DNA from: Eutreptiella sp. 'Long Island Sound 2002'
Lineage: Eukaryota; Protista; Euglenida
Direction: 5' to 3'
Length of the DNA: 64,000 bases
NCBI GenBank assembly: GCA_964036045.1
Contig: OZ038378.1
Coordinates: 194,866,001 to 194,930,000, forward strand
A model generated the notes under the pieces. The model made no database searches and was not told the DNA's origin. It was given only the letters and a program-made list of their open reading frames with translations. Below, in pieces: positions 37,794 to 48,573 of this stretch (within the stretch, counting starts at the first letter, position 1; each line of letters begins with the position of its first letter). The position numbers and the translations under genes were made by a program.

Positions 37794-37865
37794 ATCCGTA
37801 TAGTACAATGGTATCATCAGTGGCCCCGACGCCGGATGGCGGGGGTTCGATTCCCGGAGCGTGGC
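37794..37865 (+). ncRNA. tRNA-like Pol III module
   Basis: TAGTACAATGG A-box-like and GGTTCGATTCCC B box at tRNA spacing. The cloverleaf is incomplete. Confidence 0.55.
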
Positions 37866-37990
37866 ATGTGGCGGCTCGCAATGGGTAGTTCTTGTGTTGT
37901 GACAATAAATACTTGGGTTCCATCTAGGAGGATTTTATGCAATATTGCACTGAAGCATCAATGATTTAGCTCCTCTTTGGATAAGAGGCA

Positions 37991-38068
37991 TGGACGGTCT
38001 AGTGGTATGCGCCATGGCTGGCGCTCGTCGTGGTCGGGGGTTCGAACCCCGGTTCGTCTGTCCGTCCA
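37991..38068 (+). ncRNA. tRNA-like module with a perfect 7 bp closing stem
   Basis: TGGACGG/CCGTCCA closing stem, CTAGTGG A-box-like, GGTTCGAACCCC B box. Shares CGTCGTGG...GGTTCGAACCCCGG with 5918-5985. Confidence 0.55.
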
Positions 38069-38374
38069 GGGGCCCGTTGGCGAGGCCCCCGCCACCGCCC
38101 CCTTCAGCAACCCGCTCCACCACCGGTACCGCCGGTGCGTCGGGTGGCGTGTCTCCTCATCGTTTTTGTCTAGTTTCATGGTAGTGGATCAGTGGCGTGT
38201 CTCGTCCTCATAGGTTTTTGTCTGGCCGCAAGGTATGTCTACCTTTTACTGTGATGGGTTTAACACAGGGACTCAGCAAAAGCAAAGCCCCAGCCACAAC
38301 ACACCTGCAGCAGCGCGCTCCGCCACCGGGGCCGCTTGCGCCGCCGGAACCGCATCTCCTCCTCATATTCCTCC

Positions 38375-38442
38375 TCAGCGAGGAATCGAACCTTCATCTT
38401 CAGGGCAGCGGCTGGCTGCATTGCCGCTGCGGTACACGACCA
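38375..38442 (-). ncRNA. tRNA-like module, minus strand
   Basis: TACCGCAGCGG A-box-like and GGTTCGATTCCT B box on the reverse strand. Confidence 0.45.
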
Positions 38443-38636
38443 AAAGCCCGCATTATGCACCCCTGCTCACAGGAACGCTCTGTCTGAATGGATGGTATGA
38501 ACCAGAGGCTGGGCCTGCGGCTCCCTCACAGCCACGTTATCGCCACAGTGTCTGTAGTTATATGAATGAGATTGAGCCTAACACACACACACACCACTGA
38601 CCCTCTCTCTATGAGTGCTGACGGACGACATGACAG

Positions 38637-38754
38637 GTTGGCCGATTGAGAGCCAGCGTACCGCAAGCCTGTCCAGCCGCCTGTGGACCTCAACCCCCCA
38701 GTACGTTAACATGCAGGCTAGAGGTTTTGGCCGACAAAACACGGCCAGAAAAGG
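38637..38754 (+). CDS. PG-repeat gene exon A (WPIESQRTASLSSRLWTSTPQYVNMQARGFGRQNTARK)
   Basis: ACAG acceptor, GG|GTAACT donor; phase 2 end fits exon B. Confidence 0.6.
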
Positions 38755-39689
38755 GTAACTAGGCAAACATCAGTGCAACCTGTACATACGCAAAAGTGCT
38801 CGTGGAACCAACGTATCAATGGAACTGCCGAACATTGCTGCATATGCATACCAGGACGTGCATGTGTGGAGCGCTTTGTTGACCTGCTTGCGGCCACACC
38901 ACAAAAGCTGTTCTCACCCTATCTGCCCCCACAGCTTGGGTTTCCACATGAGGGATGAGTTGAGGGAGGAGCGTAGGGAGAGGTTGGGGGATGATAAGAG
39001 GGAGGGAGGAAGAGAGGGTATAGGGAGGCGTGATGCAAGTACTCCCCTCCTCCACAGAGCAAGGAATGAGCAACTATTTGCTCATCTGTGGCAATGAGGT
39101 TTGGTTAGGAACAGATAGCGTGGTTTTGTTGCCATTCACAATTTTGCAATCGGATCATAGAAATATGAACACCCTCATGTGTGGGCCACATTTGATATAA
39201 CCAACACGGCTGCTGCACAAGATGGTTGGGAATGAGGCGGATATTCCTACTTTGTGCTGTCAAAAGCGCACCACCACACCATGGGGTGAATGCCATGGAG
39301 ATGGAAAGTATTTTGCTGAAACTGTTGACTGATGCACTTGTGGGAACAGAATTGTGCATGGTAGGTTTCACCCTTTTGGTTCAAATTGAATTGGGATATA
39401 TGGTGTTGTGTTGCTTACTCTGCAGGGATGCTTTTCAGCTTCATACGGCTTGTAAGGTGGCGAGTTTATCGTTTGCTATCTCCCAAATTAGTGGCCAAAT
39501 TTTCAGAAGGTTTGCCAGTGGGCATTTGCATCAAGGATTCCTGCAGAACAACAAGAAATGCTGTCCCCAACCGTAAGTCCAGCTTCCCTGCCTTTGTATG
39601 CCCTTTATTACACAGGAATAGTGGTTCGCATTTGATGTCCCGTATGATGGGCTTCCTCTGAGGCGGCCTCTGATCGTCTGCTCAGACAG

Positions 39690-39864
39690 AATGCCGCAGT
39701 CCAGGTCCCTCCTCACCTCAGAGGCTGAGGCTGTGAAGTATGGCCTTGGCACACGGAGTCCTGGTCCACAATTGCCAGGCCCCGGGTCATATGACCCGTT
39801 CACTGAGGAGATGTCTACCATCAACTACAATCTTACATCAATTGAGGGCTCTTTTCCCAAGGAG
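39690..39864 (+). CDS. PG-repeat gene exon B (...SPGPQLPGPGSYDP...SFPKE)
   Basis: AG/GT ends, 175 nt (1+58 codons), PGPGSY motif. Confidence 0.85.
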
Positions 39865-39868
39865 GTCT

Positions 39869-39869
<1 letters not shown>

Positions 39870-39901
<32 letters not shown>

Positions 39902-39909
39902 GTGTGTGC

Positions 39910-39942
<33 letters not shown>
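39870..39942. repeat. (TC)n(TG)n compound microsatellite
   Basis: Directly visible just after the exon B donor. Confidence 0.95.
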
Positions 39943-39943
<1 letters not shown>

Positions 39944-40828
39944 CTCTCCCGCCCTCCATCCATCCCTCCCTGCTTCCCTGCTCCCGGCCTGCCCCCATCT
40001 GCTCCTTTCCCTATGGAGGATGATGGGGAACAGCCATTGGCAGGCATCCTAAACTTCACAGGACATGGGAGAGCCCCCTCCTCAAATGGTGCTGGTGCCA
40101 GTAGACGAGTGCAGCATCAACCCGGTGCGATCCTTTGGCCCAGGGGTCATTGCTGATTACAGGGAGGATCAGGGCCCATTCAGTTGTGCAACCATCCCAG
40201 GCCTTTGCTTCGTGAAATGAGGTTCTGGCTCATTTATCCCGCCTCAGCTGAAGAGGTAGGAACCATACAGCAATCCTGCCATGGGCAGCGCCCAACTGAC
40301 TTTGACCCCCCTCCCCTCCTCCCCTCCTCTCAAATGGCCCACATCTTTAGAATGTCTGGTCCCAATCCCCCCCAAAAAATTCTATTGCCTTCGGCAAGTC
40401 CACCTCGCAGAGAATCTACTCCAAGCAACACACACCCAAAATAGGGTAAAAACTACATAAATACGGGCTAAACCATGCTTTAGATATCTTGGATGGTCAT
40501 TTTAGGTGATCACGGTATCAAAAAAATAAGTTTCAAAAACTTCGATTTTTGAGCTGGCCACGGTGAAAAACTGCATAAGCAGGTTGTGTACCAATCCCTT
40601 GGGAGGACCCCCCCCCCCCCTCCCCGCACCCAATACCCATATAGATCAATCCAGCCGACCCCCTGGGTAGAATATATGACTTCTTAGGATGGTCACAGGT
40701 GATGGCGGCCGCTGAGTGCAGCAAAAAATCGTGGGGTAAGAGTCCAGGACAATTTGGTGGTTTCTCTCCCTCCCGTCCTTCCACCAGGGTCGCGGGGTAA
40801 CGTGGCCGAGCTCGCATTGCTCGCCGTA

Positions 40829-41290
40829 GTGCAGAAGAAGTCATAAGCGACTTGGGCTCTGCTCCTGCATTGCGTGCATGCTTGATGCGTTGGGGAATGC
40901 GAGGGACGCATCACGCTGAGACCACGGAACTGTAGTTCCGCAGGAACGACAGTTCCGTGCGTTGGAGTGGGGCGGGCAGGGGTGGCATACTGGGTGGGAT
41001 CCCCCCCCCCCTGCCTTGTATCTTTGCCGAATTTGTTTGTGCCCTCCTTATCGTGCCTACCCGCCCACCCGCCCACGAGGCATCAAAGTCCAGGCCACTA
41101 AGTGCCTGGGGATCGCACAATCCAGCGAGTTAGTCCTCCATCTATGTACTCGTGCTGGGAACTGTGCAGAAGAAGAAGTGTGCAGAAGAAGCCATAAGCG
41201 ACTTGGGCTCTGCTCCTGCGTTGCGTGCATGCTTGACGCGTCAGGGAATGCGAGGGACGCATCACACTCGCGCCGCGGAGACCACGGAAC
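40829..41290 (+). mobile_element. Right end (B1-A2-B2) of a third YR retrotransposon, body absent
   Basis: B1 40829-40930 resembles B2 41180-41290, both ending GAGACCACGGAAC. B1 is followed by TGTAGTTCCG, as at the element 2 junction. Confidence 0.75.
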
Positions 41291-41550
41291 CTCCTACCCC
41301 CAAAGGGTGGGGGGGCACAGCCACGGAGGCCAAGGGCCAGCAGTCAAGTCATGGCTGAGCCCCGGATGATCCAACATGACCGCAGTGGCTGGGTCCTTTT
41401 GTCATGCCACGATGCACGGAGCAGGCAGAGGATGGGTAGCGCAGGCAACAGACCAGCTCTAACCCGCTAACCCCCTTCCCTTTCCTTTGCAATAACGTCC
41501 GGGACCTGAAAAGGCCGCTTGCTCCCCTTTTAATAGTACTGCTTCCAATG

Positions 41551-41985
41551 GGGGCCACTAGCACCGACTTGGACCATGAGGGCACGGCCCTGCTACCCAT
41601 GAGCACAAAGGCTAGTGCCCTCGTTAGTAGTAGCTGCTGAGGGTGCGGGGAGAGCCCCTCTGAATGGGCACGACCAAGCCTCTATAGAGCAGTCGCGAGG
41701 ACAGAGGCTAGGTGACTCTTGGGTGCGCTACGCTACAAGAGGGGAGGCCACGGGCCATAAAGAGATAGAGTAACCCTCTCCCTTAACCCTTCTGCCTCCT
41801 CTCTTGCGCAAGAGCATTTCTAGAGGTTGGCGACGGCAGTTGGGGTCCTGTCTGCGGCCTAACATCAGCCAGCACTCCAACGAGCTTGCTCCGAGGGGGG
41901 ACCATGGGCACCAACCTTAGGACCAAGAGGGCACAACCATGCTACCCCTGAGCACAAAAGGCTAATGCCCTCATTAACAGTAAGC
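41551..41985 (+). repeat. About 90 bp diverged direct repeat pair separated by about 260 bp
   Basis: GGACCA.GAGGGCAC...GCTACCC.TGAGCACAAAGGCTA.TGCCCTC at about 41551-41635 and 41895-41985. Confidence 0.75.
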
Positions 41986-42592
41986 CTCGGTGCAGTGTGG
42001 TGGCCACAACCCTCATGGTTGGTCCCGCTGGAGCCACCGGACTATCCCACTAGATTTGCCCCATGGCTCCGCCAGCCCCGCTCCGCCCACCCTGGGCTGT
42101 CCACCGAGGACATTTCCCCCTCTCCCCAGCCCAGTTTTCAGTTTTCAGTTTTCAAAGCGGGCATCAAAGGTCTGTCTGCACCACACGCAACCTCCTGGGT
42201 TTGCATGCCACAGGCCTTTTTTTATGGTGAAACACAAGACATTGGGCAGGGCACTATTGTAGGGAAGGTCCTGAATGAACACCAAGCAAATAAACGTTTT
42301 TGCTGCATTGCGGCTCCAGACCCAATGTGAACCAAAGTGCTCCCCTCCCCCAAGTGCAATCAATGCACAGCTGTCCTCTCCACTGTCCACAGTCCATGCA
42401 TACATGCATACAGTCCATACAGTCCATACATCTCACCCAAACCCTGGATTCTGGGGGGCGCCAATCACCGACTGTCATCCAGCTGCCCAACCCTCGTCTG
42501 CTGCATGCCAACTGCCTGGCTGGGCTGGAGCAGTGGTTGGATTTCACGCTCTATTGCGTGCCACTGTTGTGCATGTGTGGCTCTTTCCTCAG

Positions 42593-42745
42593 ACGCGCGG
42601 TATGTCTAAATCTCTGTCCCGGGGGCAGTCTCCAGGGCCTATCTACGACACTGCTGGGAGCTTGGGGCAAGGGGTTCCCGCCGCAGCTATCCCTCGGGCG
42701 AAGCGCTTCGACGACAGCATCACGCGGGGTCCTGGCTACCATGAG
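42593..42745 (+). CDS. PG-repeat gene exon C (TRGMSK...SPGPIYD...RGPGYHE)
   Basis: CTTTCCTCAG acceptor, GTATAC donor, 51 codons, phase 0-0. Confidence 0.88.
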
Positions 42746-43059
42746 GTATACAATGCATCTTAGGCCAGCAGAGTGGTGCACGTCTCAAGAAGCGCTAGGC
42801 AACCTCAGCTTTAGTACGCAAGCCAACCGACGATACGTGCGGTCTGCTGGGCAGAATTCTGCACCCTTTTCAACCATGGAATCGACCATGCAGGAAATGA
42901 CCGTGCAGAGTTATCCCCCACTGACTGAATGTGAAGCATTGCTGGCGCCGGCATGGGAGGGACGCCAAGGGCAGAAGCAGTGTTTGTGAGCAGCATGGGG
43001 GGCCTTAAGGAACGAGATTTTTTTTTGTTAAGGACCGCCCTTAGGGACCACCCCAAGGG

Positions 43060-43232
43060 ACCATCAACCGCCAACCACCAACCGCCATCAACCGCCAACC
43101 ACCAACCACTGCCAACCGCCATCAACCACCAATCCCCAACCACCAACCACCGCCAACCACCACCAACCGCCACCAACCGCCACGAACCACCAGTCGCCAA
43201 CCGCCAACTGCCAACTGCCCACCACCAACACA
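43060..43232 (+). repeat. Degenerate (AACCRCC)n minisatellite within a dispersed repeat
   Basis: About 20 variants of AACCGCC/AACCACC. Related sequence near 59820-59870 and, in reverse, near 43590-43650. Confidence 0.85.
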
Positions 43233-44257
43233 TGGTGTGCCTGCGGGCTGTTTTGGGAAAATTGTGTAATGGAACACTTTTTCTCGTTAGAGACCGCCCT
43301 GGTGGGCAGTGGGACGACGGTCCCCTCTCACTGTAAGCAACACAGACAATTTCCTCCTCAAACCCCATACAAGTGCATACACCCGGAAGTACACACCGCA
43401 CACTTACGCAGCTTTCTGGCCACCCGATTTTGGGGATGCGCTTTATCCACATGTCTGCAGCAGGTATGGTGAGGGCATGCATGGTGCACAGGGAGTGTGG
43501 CAGGTTTCTGCAACTAAGAGCAGTCCTTGAGAGCCAAGACATAAAACTGCCTCCCGGATTTGTGGTCTCTAGGCTGGCTGCCAATTGATGACGGGGTTGG
43601 CGGGTAACCGATGGCAGTCGGCGGTTCACCAAGAGCGGTTGGTGACTACCTGACCACGGTCGGCAGTAAACCCTACATTGCGAGGGGGAGGGGTCAGAGG
43701 TCATCAGATGGCCCACTTCTGTTTCCTCTGTGACGCTCCCTTGTTACGCACTCCTTCAGAGCTTGCTGGACTGATTGGATTTTCAAGGCCTCAAATCCGT
43801 TCAATCTCTTGGCCTGTGCCGGTTCAGCTGAGATGGCAGGTCACCCTGTGGCCAGGCCCAGCTCTACTTTGAGCCTTAAGAATTAGTGTTGGGGGGGGGG
43901 GGGGTGCAATAACTTGCATCAAACTATGTCCCAGGCTTCAAAAGTGTGTATCATGTGTGCGCCTCAATTTTCAAGATTGTGTATCGCATGTGTACACCGC
44001 TGTTCCCCCCGTCCCTTGCGGCTCTTTCCTACACGCAGATGAAGCACTTGTCCTTGAAGAATCCTTGTCAATGTTTATTGTGGGGGATGGCCCAGATCTC
44101 TTCCCTCTGTTCTTGCATGTCCTGTACCGTCTGTGTATCCCACGCTTCAAGAGGGTGTGTCACGTGTGTATCACCCCCCAAAAGTGTGTATCCCGTGCCA
44201 GTGGTGATACGCTGTATCTAGTCCCAACCCCTCCACCAACATGGTCCCCCATTCCAG

Positions 44258-44486
44258 GGCATAAGAAGAAGGGAGAAGCCTGGGTCATACGATGGCACAT
44301 TTGCGAAAGCCTCACGGGATACGCTGGGGCCTCTCACGCCGTCCCCTGGCCCCTGCTACAACACGAGGAAGTCAATGCAGAAAGGCACACGCAACAGCAC
44401 GATGCCCAAGGCGGAGCGGTGGCCTGTACCGGAGGAGGAGGAGTCCCCGGGTCCAATCTACATGCCAAAGAAGTCAGCGTTGACAG
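44258..44486 (+). CDS. PG-repeat gene exon D (TPSPGPCYN...ESPGPIYMPKK)
   Basis: ATTCCAG acceptor, ACAG|GT donor, 229 nt (76 codons+1). Confidence 0.88.
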
Positions 44487-45869
44487 GTCCAACGCCGTTT
44501 CATCTGGTCCCATCTCTGTCAGGGTTGTGCTTAGTGTGACGGACTCCGCTGCATGTCACATTTGCAGCCCCTCTTTCTCAGATTCCGTGCTTAGCTCAGT
44601 GATCAACAACACCGTGTACAAAGGAGAGGTGTTTCACGAGGCTCAGGCCTCAAACTCCACTGGTGTTTGTGTGGGGCACAGGGAATCACCAAGTGTCCCG
44701 AACAGTGTGGCGGCGTTGGCTCAAACCACAGCCAATGTGGGCGAGCGGTCAGTGGGTATCCCCTGCAGGGAAATTTTGTGTGGATTGTTCCTGGTCTGCT
44801 CGTCTGTGGCGCACATGATGGATGCTCTTGTGCATTGTTTGCACCCAAAGTTAGGGTAACCTGACATGCACATGGCTTGCATGAAGCCACCGATCAAAGC
44901 CCGTTCTTTGTGCATCTCTGTGTATTTTGAGGAGCCATATTACGTTATCGATCTGGATCCGGGTTAAATAAGGAAGAAGAGGGTGTGTACAGGTGTTCCT
45001 CTGTCACAAACCGCTTGGGATTAGTCACATCCCCCCCCCCCCCCCAGCGCCTCACCTGGTGAACATCTGCAGTGCATATGCACACACTGCCACCTGTGGT
45101 TGGAGGCCTCAGTATTGCAGCAGTGCCATGCAATGTCCAAATGCAGGTCATCGGCTCCAGCAGTCTGCAGACCTGACTCCCTGCTCTTAATCTCAGAGTA
45201 GGAAGTGCATGCCCCTGGCTGGTGGGGATTCAGGCGGTCCTTGCTGGTGCGCTTAATGACTTCGACCTGTTGATCCCAAGATATAGGCAAAGATGTATGG
45301 GTCCGGGGGGGGGGGGGGGCGGCTGATGCGATATAATGAGCTGCTGACTGGCACACACTCTCAACTGGGTGCACATCTGAGACCACCAATGTAGCGGAAA
45401 CCTCATTGTCAAGACTTGTGCAAATGACGGTGTCTACAGATGCAACCACTATCAACACTCGTGCACCGTGCCTGCGCTGTGCAATGCACAGCTTCGGTTT
45501 TGGCATGGGGATTGCTTCCTTTGTCTCCGGGGAGAGGCTTGATGGGTTGGGTTGTTGGCACCATCATGCCCCTGTACCTTCCGGGTATTGCTCCAAGTCT
45601 CCCATCTTTGACATCAAATTGGAGAGACTTCCCATGGCGGTGGGCACTGCAGGGAAGGTGTCTGAATAATGCCAATATCAGCGCTTTGTCTTGTAATGAG
45701 TTTCCCCCTTTCGGTCACTGAGCTTTGCACGGTATCGTGCACATGAGCATGTGTGGAGCTCACCAAGCGGTTAATGTGGAGGGGTCTCATAGGCTTGTGC
45801 TTGAATCGGAAAAAGGTAAGGAGGGGACTCAATCCCCCCTTCCTCAACCCCCCACCCCTGGGGTCCATA

Positions 45870-46045
45870 AAAATCACCTCGAAGAGGGTTGTTCGATCAG
45901 GCGCAGACGCGGGCGCCAGAAACCCCCCCTTTTTGGGTCATTCGTGTAGCATACCCCAAGGTATGCTATCGGGTGTCTAATCCCTTGTAAAATCATCATT
46001 TTGGGAGACAAATTGGTCCCCAATGAATTTTTCCCCTTTTGACCC
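45870..46045 (+). repeat. Dispersed repeat, second copy at about 55821-55990
   Basis: AATCACCTCGAAGAG...GTCATTCG.GTAGCATACCCCAAGG...CCCTTGTAAAATCAT present in both places. Confidence 0.8.
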
Positions 46046-46749
46046 CCCCCCCCCCCCCCACCTGGTACCCCTTTTTGGGGGGTTGGGGGGTGGGGGGTGG
46101 GGGGTCAAAACTTCTTTGTGTGTTGTGGGCGCTGTGTGTTGATTCAGACCTAGGTCCTGAAGAAGTTTTTTCTTGCATATGGACCCCCTAACCCATGGCA
46201 GGGGTGGCGGGTCCAAACTCCGGGTACCCCCGGTCGCCCCCCCAACCCCCCATATGGCCCCTTGCCAGAGAGGACTTAGCAATTTTTACGCTGGCCAGGC
46301 TGTTTACTGGGACGTGAAAATTTTTTCAGAATTCGACTTTTTCCAGAACCCTTCTGTCGCCCTGACAGGTTCTTGAGGTTCTTGAGCAAGCTAGAGGCTG
46401 CTAGGCCCATGTAGCCCGAGCCATGGGCCCCCCAAAAGCCCCAAAATTTGCTGGTTCTTGGGCTATTTGGTGGCAGCTGAAAATTTTCAAAAACTCGAAT
46501 TTCCTATCTCTTTGAGGTGCCTTGCCGAAGGCAATAGAATTTTCCTCAACGGGAAAAATTGAATTTTGTAAATCGAAAGATTTTTGGGCTATTTTTGGTA
46601 CACAACCCCTGGATCTCAGAACCCCCCCCCCCAACCCCCTCCCTTTCTAAAACTAGCCTGGGTTCTTAGCACGGCAATCACCGGACTCCGGCAGCCCCCC
46701 CACCCCACCCCTTTTGCCACGCTCTGCTTGCATTCTATGCTCCTTCTAG

Positions 46750-46859
46750 GCCCTGTGGCAAAGATTGGGTACGGCCGCAGATTCAGCAGGAAAGAGAAGG
46801 ACAGCCTTGGCCCTGGCCCCGTCACAGCCACTCCAGACATTGGTGCAAACCAGCTGAAG
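46750..46859 (+). CDS. PG-repeat gene exon E (GPVAKIGYGRRF...LGPGPV...NQLK)
   Basis: CCTTCTAG acceptor, AAG|GTGACG donor, phase 1-0. Confidence 0.88.
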
Positions 46860-48573
46860 GTGACGCCCTCAATGCAAAGACTGTGCGTGTGGGATGAGGG
46901 TGTGCACTCAGCACTCCCCCATCCCCCCTCAGAATTTCCATGCAGGACCAGTGCATTGGAGCTGTATGGCTTGGCAAGTAGCACCTTCGGGTGTGGGGAG
47001 GTCAGGGTTGTGCTTAGTGTTTGGTGGGACGGGGGCAAATGGGTAGGTATGAGGGCCAAAAACGTTTGTGCACCTAAAATGGGCCTCTCATGTTTGGCTC
47101 TTCATTCAAATTTCATTTTTCCCTCGAGGAATTTTTTTTGGTTTGGTTTGTTTTTTTTGGGTGGGTGGATGTATTGGCCTGGGTGGGTGGGTGCACCAGA
47201 TCACCCCCTCCGCCCACCCCGTTGATAAGCCCATCCCTAGGGGAGGTGCAGGAACCCCCACAGGCATATGAAGCCCGAATCGCCATGAAGGGGTGGAGGT
47301 AGCATAGATGCCCAAATTCGTGAATGTTTCCTGGGCCTGTGGGGAAAGGCAAAGCCACGGTGCCCATGGCCCACCCCGTCCCTGTTGGAATCACAACACT
47401 GGCAAATGTTCGAAATGGCATTTGTCATGATCATACGCCCGACCAAAGCACTGTGGTGTGATCTAGGCGGTCCTCAAGGACCTTATGTGTTTCTACGACT
47501 CCTCCCTTGAAGAATGCCCCATGCCCTTCCAAGTCGGCCATCCCCCAAGTGCTGTTGCTTAGCCTCCCGTGCTGTCGGTTACTTTACCACCGCTAGGCTC
47601 AGTGAAATCCCAATGGGCTGGGCAGTATCACCAGCAAGTATCCCATGCTATCGTTCGGCTGGAGTGGGGTTGCATTGTAGAGGCTACTGGGACAGTTGGG
47701 TTTTCAATGGGGGGGGCTGTCAATGAATCCCCCAATATCTGGTGGGGGGTTTGGGAAAAGGGCTCAATCGACAAGCACCATTCTTGCACGGAGAAGAGGC
47801 ACCGCTTTGTCTCTCGTTCATGTCTCGGGGGTACCCCCCGAAAAAAAGCTAGCACCCCATGTAGGAATTTCTTTTCGCCAAGAGGAATTTTTTTTGCTGT
47901 GTGCTACTTGAACTTGCATGGCACCTTCAGTTTGCCACATTGTATGACATTGACACATGAACTACTGCCGAGATAAAAGTAAGTGGGTTTTTTTTTGCAT
48001 GGCGCCATTGATTTCTCTCCAGTAGCGGGGGACACTTGTTAAATGCAATCGTCAGCCCGCGGACAAGGGGCCCCTGGCGCGGGGCGTTGCCACCCACATT
48101 GAGCCTTGTGTCCGATCCATCTACTCTCCAAGCGGAGCCGCTAGCCTTGCTACGCTAGCAGTGCCCCACTCAGCAATGAGTGTGGGCGAAGTGTGGAGCC
48201 GTGTGACCACCAGCGTTTGGTGGCCGTGTGGCAACCCGGGAGTGGAATTGCGGTACACAATGTGAAATGTGGGGTGTTCCACTTGTTTGTTTGTTTGTTT
48301 GTTTCACAACCCCATATTGGTCAGTATTGTTGCGCCCCTTGAGTTGGGGTTAGGGATTCGCAATCCACGCTTTGTTGCTTGCATGGTTGTAGAGAGCCGC
48401 AATCAATCATTAGGGAGAAGACAAAAGAGGGAAAGAAAGAGGGAGTTGGGCTAGTGCACAGGGAGAGAGGGCGAAGAAAGCGTGAGAGGGAGAAGGTCCA
48501 ATTAACAATAATCCATCAAGATTTGGGTTCAATTGTACGTGTTATTTGCTTTTCCTTCTCGCAGACCTTTTAG

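Noticed and set aside
5918-38442. tRNA-like modules as functional tRNA genes
   Set aside because: Anticodon and/or acceptor stems do not pair, so no isotype can be assigned.
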